Position numbers and translations under genes: made by a program. The notes under the pieces are model-generated. The model worked only from the letters and a program-made list of their open reading frames with translations, was not told the DNA's origin and ran no database searches. Shown here piece after piece: positions 61,430 to 64,000 of a stretch of DNA of 64,000 bases. How positions within the stretch are numbered: position 1 is the first letter of the stretch; each line of letters begins with the position of its first letter. This DNA comes from Chiloscyllium plagiosum (lineage: Eukaryota): the NCBI RefSeq assembly GCF_004010195.1, contig NC_057752.1, positions 3,776,726 through 3,840,725 of the forward strand. Direction: 5' to 3'.

Positions 61430-62488
61430 GTGTCTATTCCACCCAGCCTGTGAATTCAATTAAAGATGGCCTCCTATTTCAAGGAGGCCATCTCCCCTCC
61501 CACATGGTCGACAATGCCCTCCACTTCCCACACCTCTGCCCTTGAACCCCACCCCTCTGACTGCAACAAGAATAGAACCCCACCTCCCCCACTAGTGCAT
61601 TATCCTTTGCCATTTCCATTACCTACAATCAGACCCCCACCACCAGAGATTATGTTTCCCTCCCCACCCCATCGGCAGTCCACAGAGACCATTCCCTCCG
61701 CGACTCCCTCATCAGATCCACACCCCCAACTAACCCACCCTCCATTCCCGGAACCTTCCCTTGCTGCCGTGGGAGATGTGAAACCTGCACCCACACCTCC
61801 CCCCCTCACCTCTGTCCAAGGCCCCAAAGGATCCTTCCACATTTGGCAGTGATTTTCCTGCACATCCAAACACTTCATCTACTGTGTCCGTTGCTCTTGC
61901 TGTGGTCTCCTCTACATTGGGGAGACAGGACACCAACTCGCGGAACGTTTCAGGGAACGTCTCTGGGGGACACAGACCTAATAACCCCACCGCCCTGTGG
62001 CTGACCACTTCAACTCCCCCTTCCACTCCACCAAGGACCTGCAGGTCCTGGGCCTCTTCCACCGCTAAATCCTAGCCACCCCACACCTGGAGGAAGAACG
62101 CCTCATCTTCCGCCTTGGGACCCTGCAACCATATGGGATCAATGTGGATTTCACCAGTTTCCTCATCTCCCCTCCCCCCCCCCCTCCCCACCTCATCCCA
62201 GATCCAACCCTCTAACTTGGCACCGCCCTCTTGAACTGTCTTACCCGTCCATCTTACTTCCCACCTATCTGCTCCACCCTCCCCTCCAACCTATCAACAT
62301 CACCCCCCACCTGCATCTACCAACGCCTATCCAGCTCCCTCGCCCTCCCTCCTACTTATCTCTCAGCCCCCTCCACCGCCCCACCCTCCAACATTCCTGA
62401 TGAAGGGATTATGGCCGAAACGTCGATTGTCCTGCTCCTCGGATGCTGCCTGATCTCCTGTGCTTTTCTGGCACCACACTTTCGGACT
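61430..62488 (+). mobile_element. Penelope-like element (Neptune type) 3' part: GIY-YIG endonuclease remnant and pLTR
   Basis: HFIYCVRCSCCGLLYIGETGHQLAERFRE...LEEERLIFRLGTLQPYGINVDF. C-rich 3' region. Hammerhead core CTGATGA...GAAACGTC at 62397-62424. Confidence 0.9.
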
Positions 62489-62889
62489 CAATAAAAGCTC
62501 AGCTCAGCACACTGGCATGGGACTGACTGCTGTAAATTTCAAGAATGTGAGGCCATTCACAAATCACCAGATTTACATAAGGCGTCTGTTAAGTGGTTTC
62601 TTCATACTGAGTTCCTGAACAAGAGATTTAAATGGGCTGTCATAGGAAGATTTACAAATTGATTCTGCTCATCTGCAGTTTACAGAAACCTTTAGATTTC
62701 AGCATTAGACATCTTGACAAAATTATGTATTCTATCAGGACTACATTACACAAACTGTTTGAAACTATTGTTGTTGAATCAGACTCCGAGTTACACCTGG
62801 ACCCAGGATTTTCCAGGACTCTGGGTATGATTTATGCACCAGTTAGTCACCCAGTGTAAAGGTTATTAATTTAAAAAAACTTCAAAGGA

Positions 62890-63100
62890 CGACATCTCTA
62901 TAGCACATATCACTACCTCAGGATATTCCAAATCACTTTGCAGCCAATGACTGGTATCGGAAATGAGGCCACTGTTATTAAATAGGAAATGTGGCCCTGA
63001 AAATACACAGCAAATTCCCATAACATGATGATAATCAGAGCATTTTTTAATGGTTCGTTGAGGACTAAATATTTGTGACAGGGGATAACTCCCCTGCTCA
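62890..63100 (-). mobile_element. Deu-SINE 3' part
   Basis: cactttgcagccaatga...cactgttattaaataggaaatgtggc...cacagcaaattcccata parallels 33750-33850. Confidence 0.55.
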
Positions 63101-63114
63101 TCCACAAAACACAG

Positions 63115-64000
63115 GTGTCGTGGTAGTGTCATTGGACTGGTCAACTAAAGCCCCAGACTGATATTCTGAGGTGTGATTCCAAATGCCATTGATGAAGATG
63201 GCGACGTTTAAAAAGAATAAAGTCTGGAATTAAAAGGTGACATAATGGTACTATGTATCGCTGTTAATGGTGATAAAACCCCATCTGATTCACTTTTTTT
63301 TAATTGATTCATGAGATCTGGGCAGCGCTGGCTGGCCAGCATTTATTGCCCATCCCTTTGAGAAGGTGGTAGTGAGTTGCCTAATTGAACTGCTGCAGCC
63401 AATGTGCTATAGATAGACCCACCATGCCCTTCAGGAGAGAGTTAAATCCTTTAGGAAAGGAAATCTGGCGTCCCTACCTGGTCAGGCCTAAATGCAACTC
63501 CAGAAATATGGTTGACTCTTAACTGCCCTCTAAAGTTACCTAAAAAGTCACTCAGTTGTACCAAACTATTCCAAAGGCTTAAAAAAAGGAACAAATCTGG
63601 ATTGACCACCCTACCTCAACCTAACCACAATGACCAGTCCTGCAAAGTCCTCCTTACCAACATCTGGGGGCTTGTGTCACAATTGGAAGAGTTGTCTTAC
63701 AGATGAGTCAAGCAACAGCCTGATGTTGTCATATTCACAAAATAACACCTCACAGAACATGCCCCAGGCACCATCATCGCCATCCCTGGATATGTCCTGT
63801 CGCACTAGCAAGACAGGAAGTTGTGGCACAATGGTACACAGTCGGGAGGGAGTTGCCCACTAAGTCCTCAACATTGATTCTGGACCCCATGAAGTCTCAT
63901 GGCAAGGAAACCTCTTGCTGATTATCACATCCCACAACTCCCTCAGCTGACGAATCAGTTCTCCTCTGTGTTGCACAGCACTTGGAGGAAGCGCTGAGAG
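63115..64000 (+). mobile_element. LINE 5' end: tRNA-SINE-like leader followed by an APE endonuclease remnant; an inverted 3'-end fragment of the same family is inserted at about 63295-63445
   Basis: The leader matches SINE 2012/3987 up to gactcttaactgccct. It is followed by KVLLTNIWGLVSQLEELSYR*VKQQPDVVIFT...IPGYVLSH*QDR...GTMVHSREGVA. Confidence 0.8.

Noticed and set aside
1..64000. CRISPR arrays, operons, rRNA or prokaryotic defence systems
   Set aside because: The sequence is vertebrate repeat-rich DNA; no regularly spaced repeat-spacer array or dense gene organisation is visible.

Overview
Eukaryotic, repeat-dense genomic DNA, almost certainly from a cartilaginous fish. This is inferred from HE1/V-SINEs, Deu-domain SINEs and shark-type CR1 LINEs; a carpet/bamboo shark is a guess. 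No host protein-coding gene is recognisable. The ORFs I could identify are decayed retroelement frames or their antisense shadows. The window holds many CR1 LINE fragments, two Penelope-like element (PLE) families with hammerhead-ribozyme cores, and a near full-length degenerate Gypsy LTR retrotransposon (8930-13318) plus related solo LTRs. It also holds HE1 and Deu SINEs, a Rex1/Babar tail, a LINE/SINE pair sharing a tRNA-derived head, and AT-rich unique blocks that resemble conserved non-coding enhancers. Most notable: (1) a Tx1-clade non-LTR element inserted at the same position of the Gypsy LTR family in two separate copies, one carrying a 3'-transduced LTR half plus primer-binding site; (2) tiny fold-back PLE insertions with 11-16 bp target-site duplications and hammerhead cores; (3) a 114-bp-arm hairpin with a template-switch signature; (4) multi-level nested insertions. 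There is a 16-N assembly gap at 21292-21307. Repeat boundaries were read by eye and are approximate unless TSDs are quoted.
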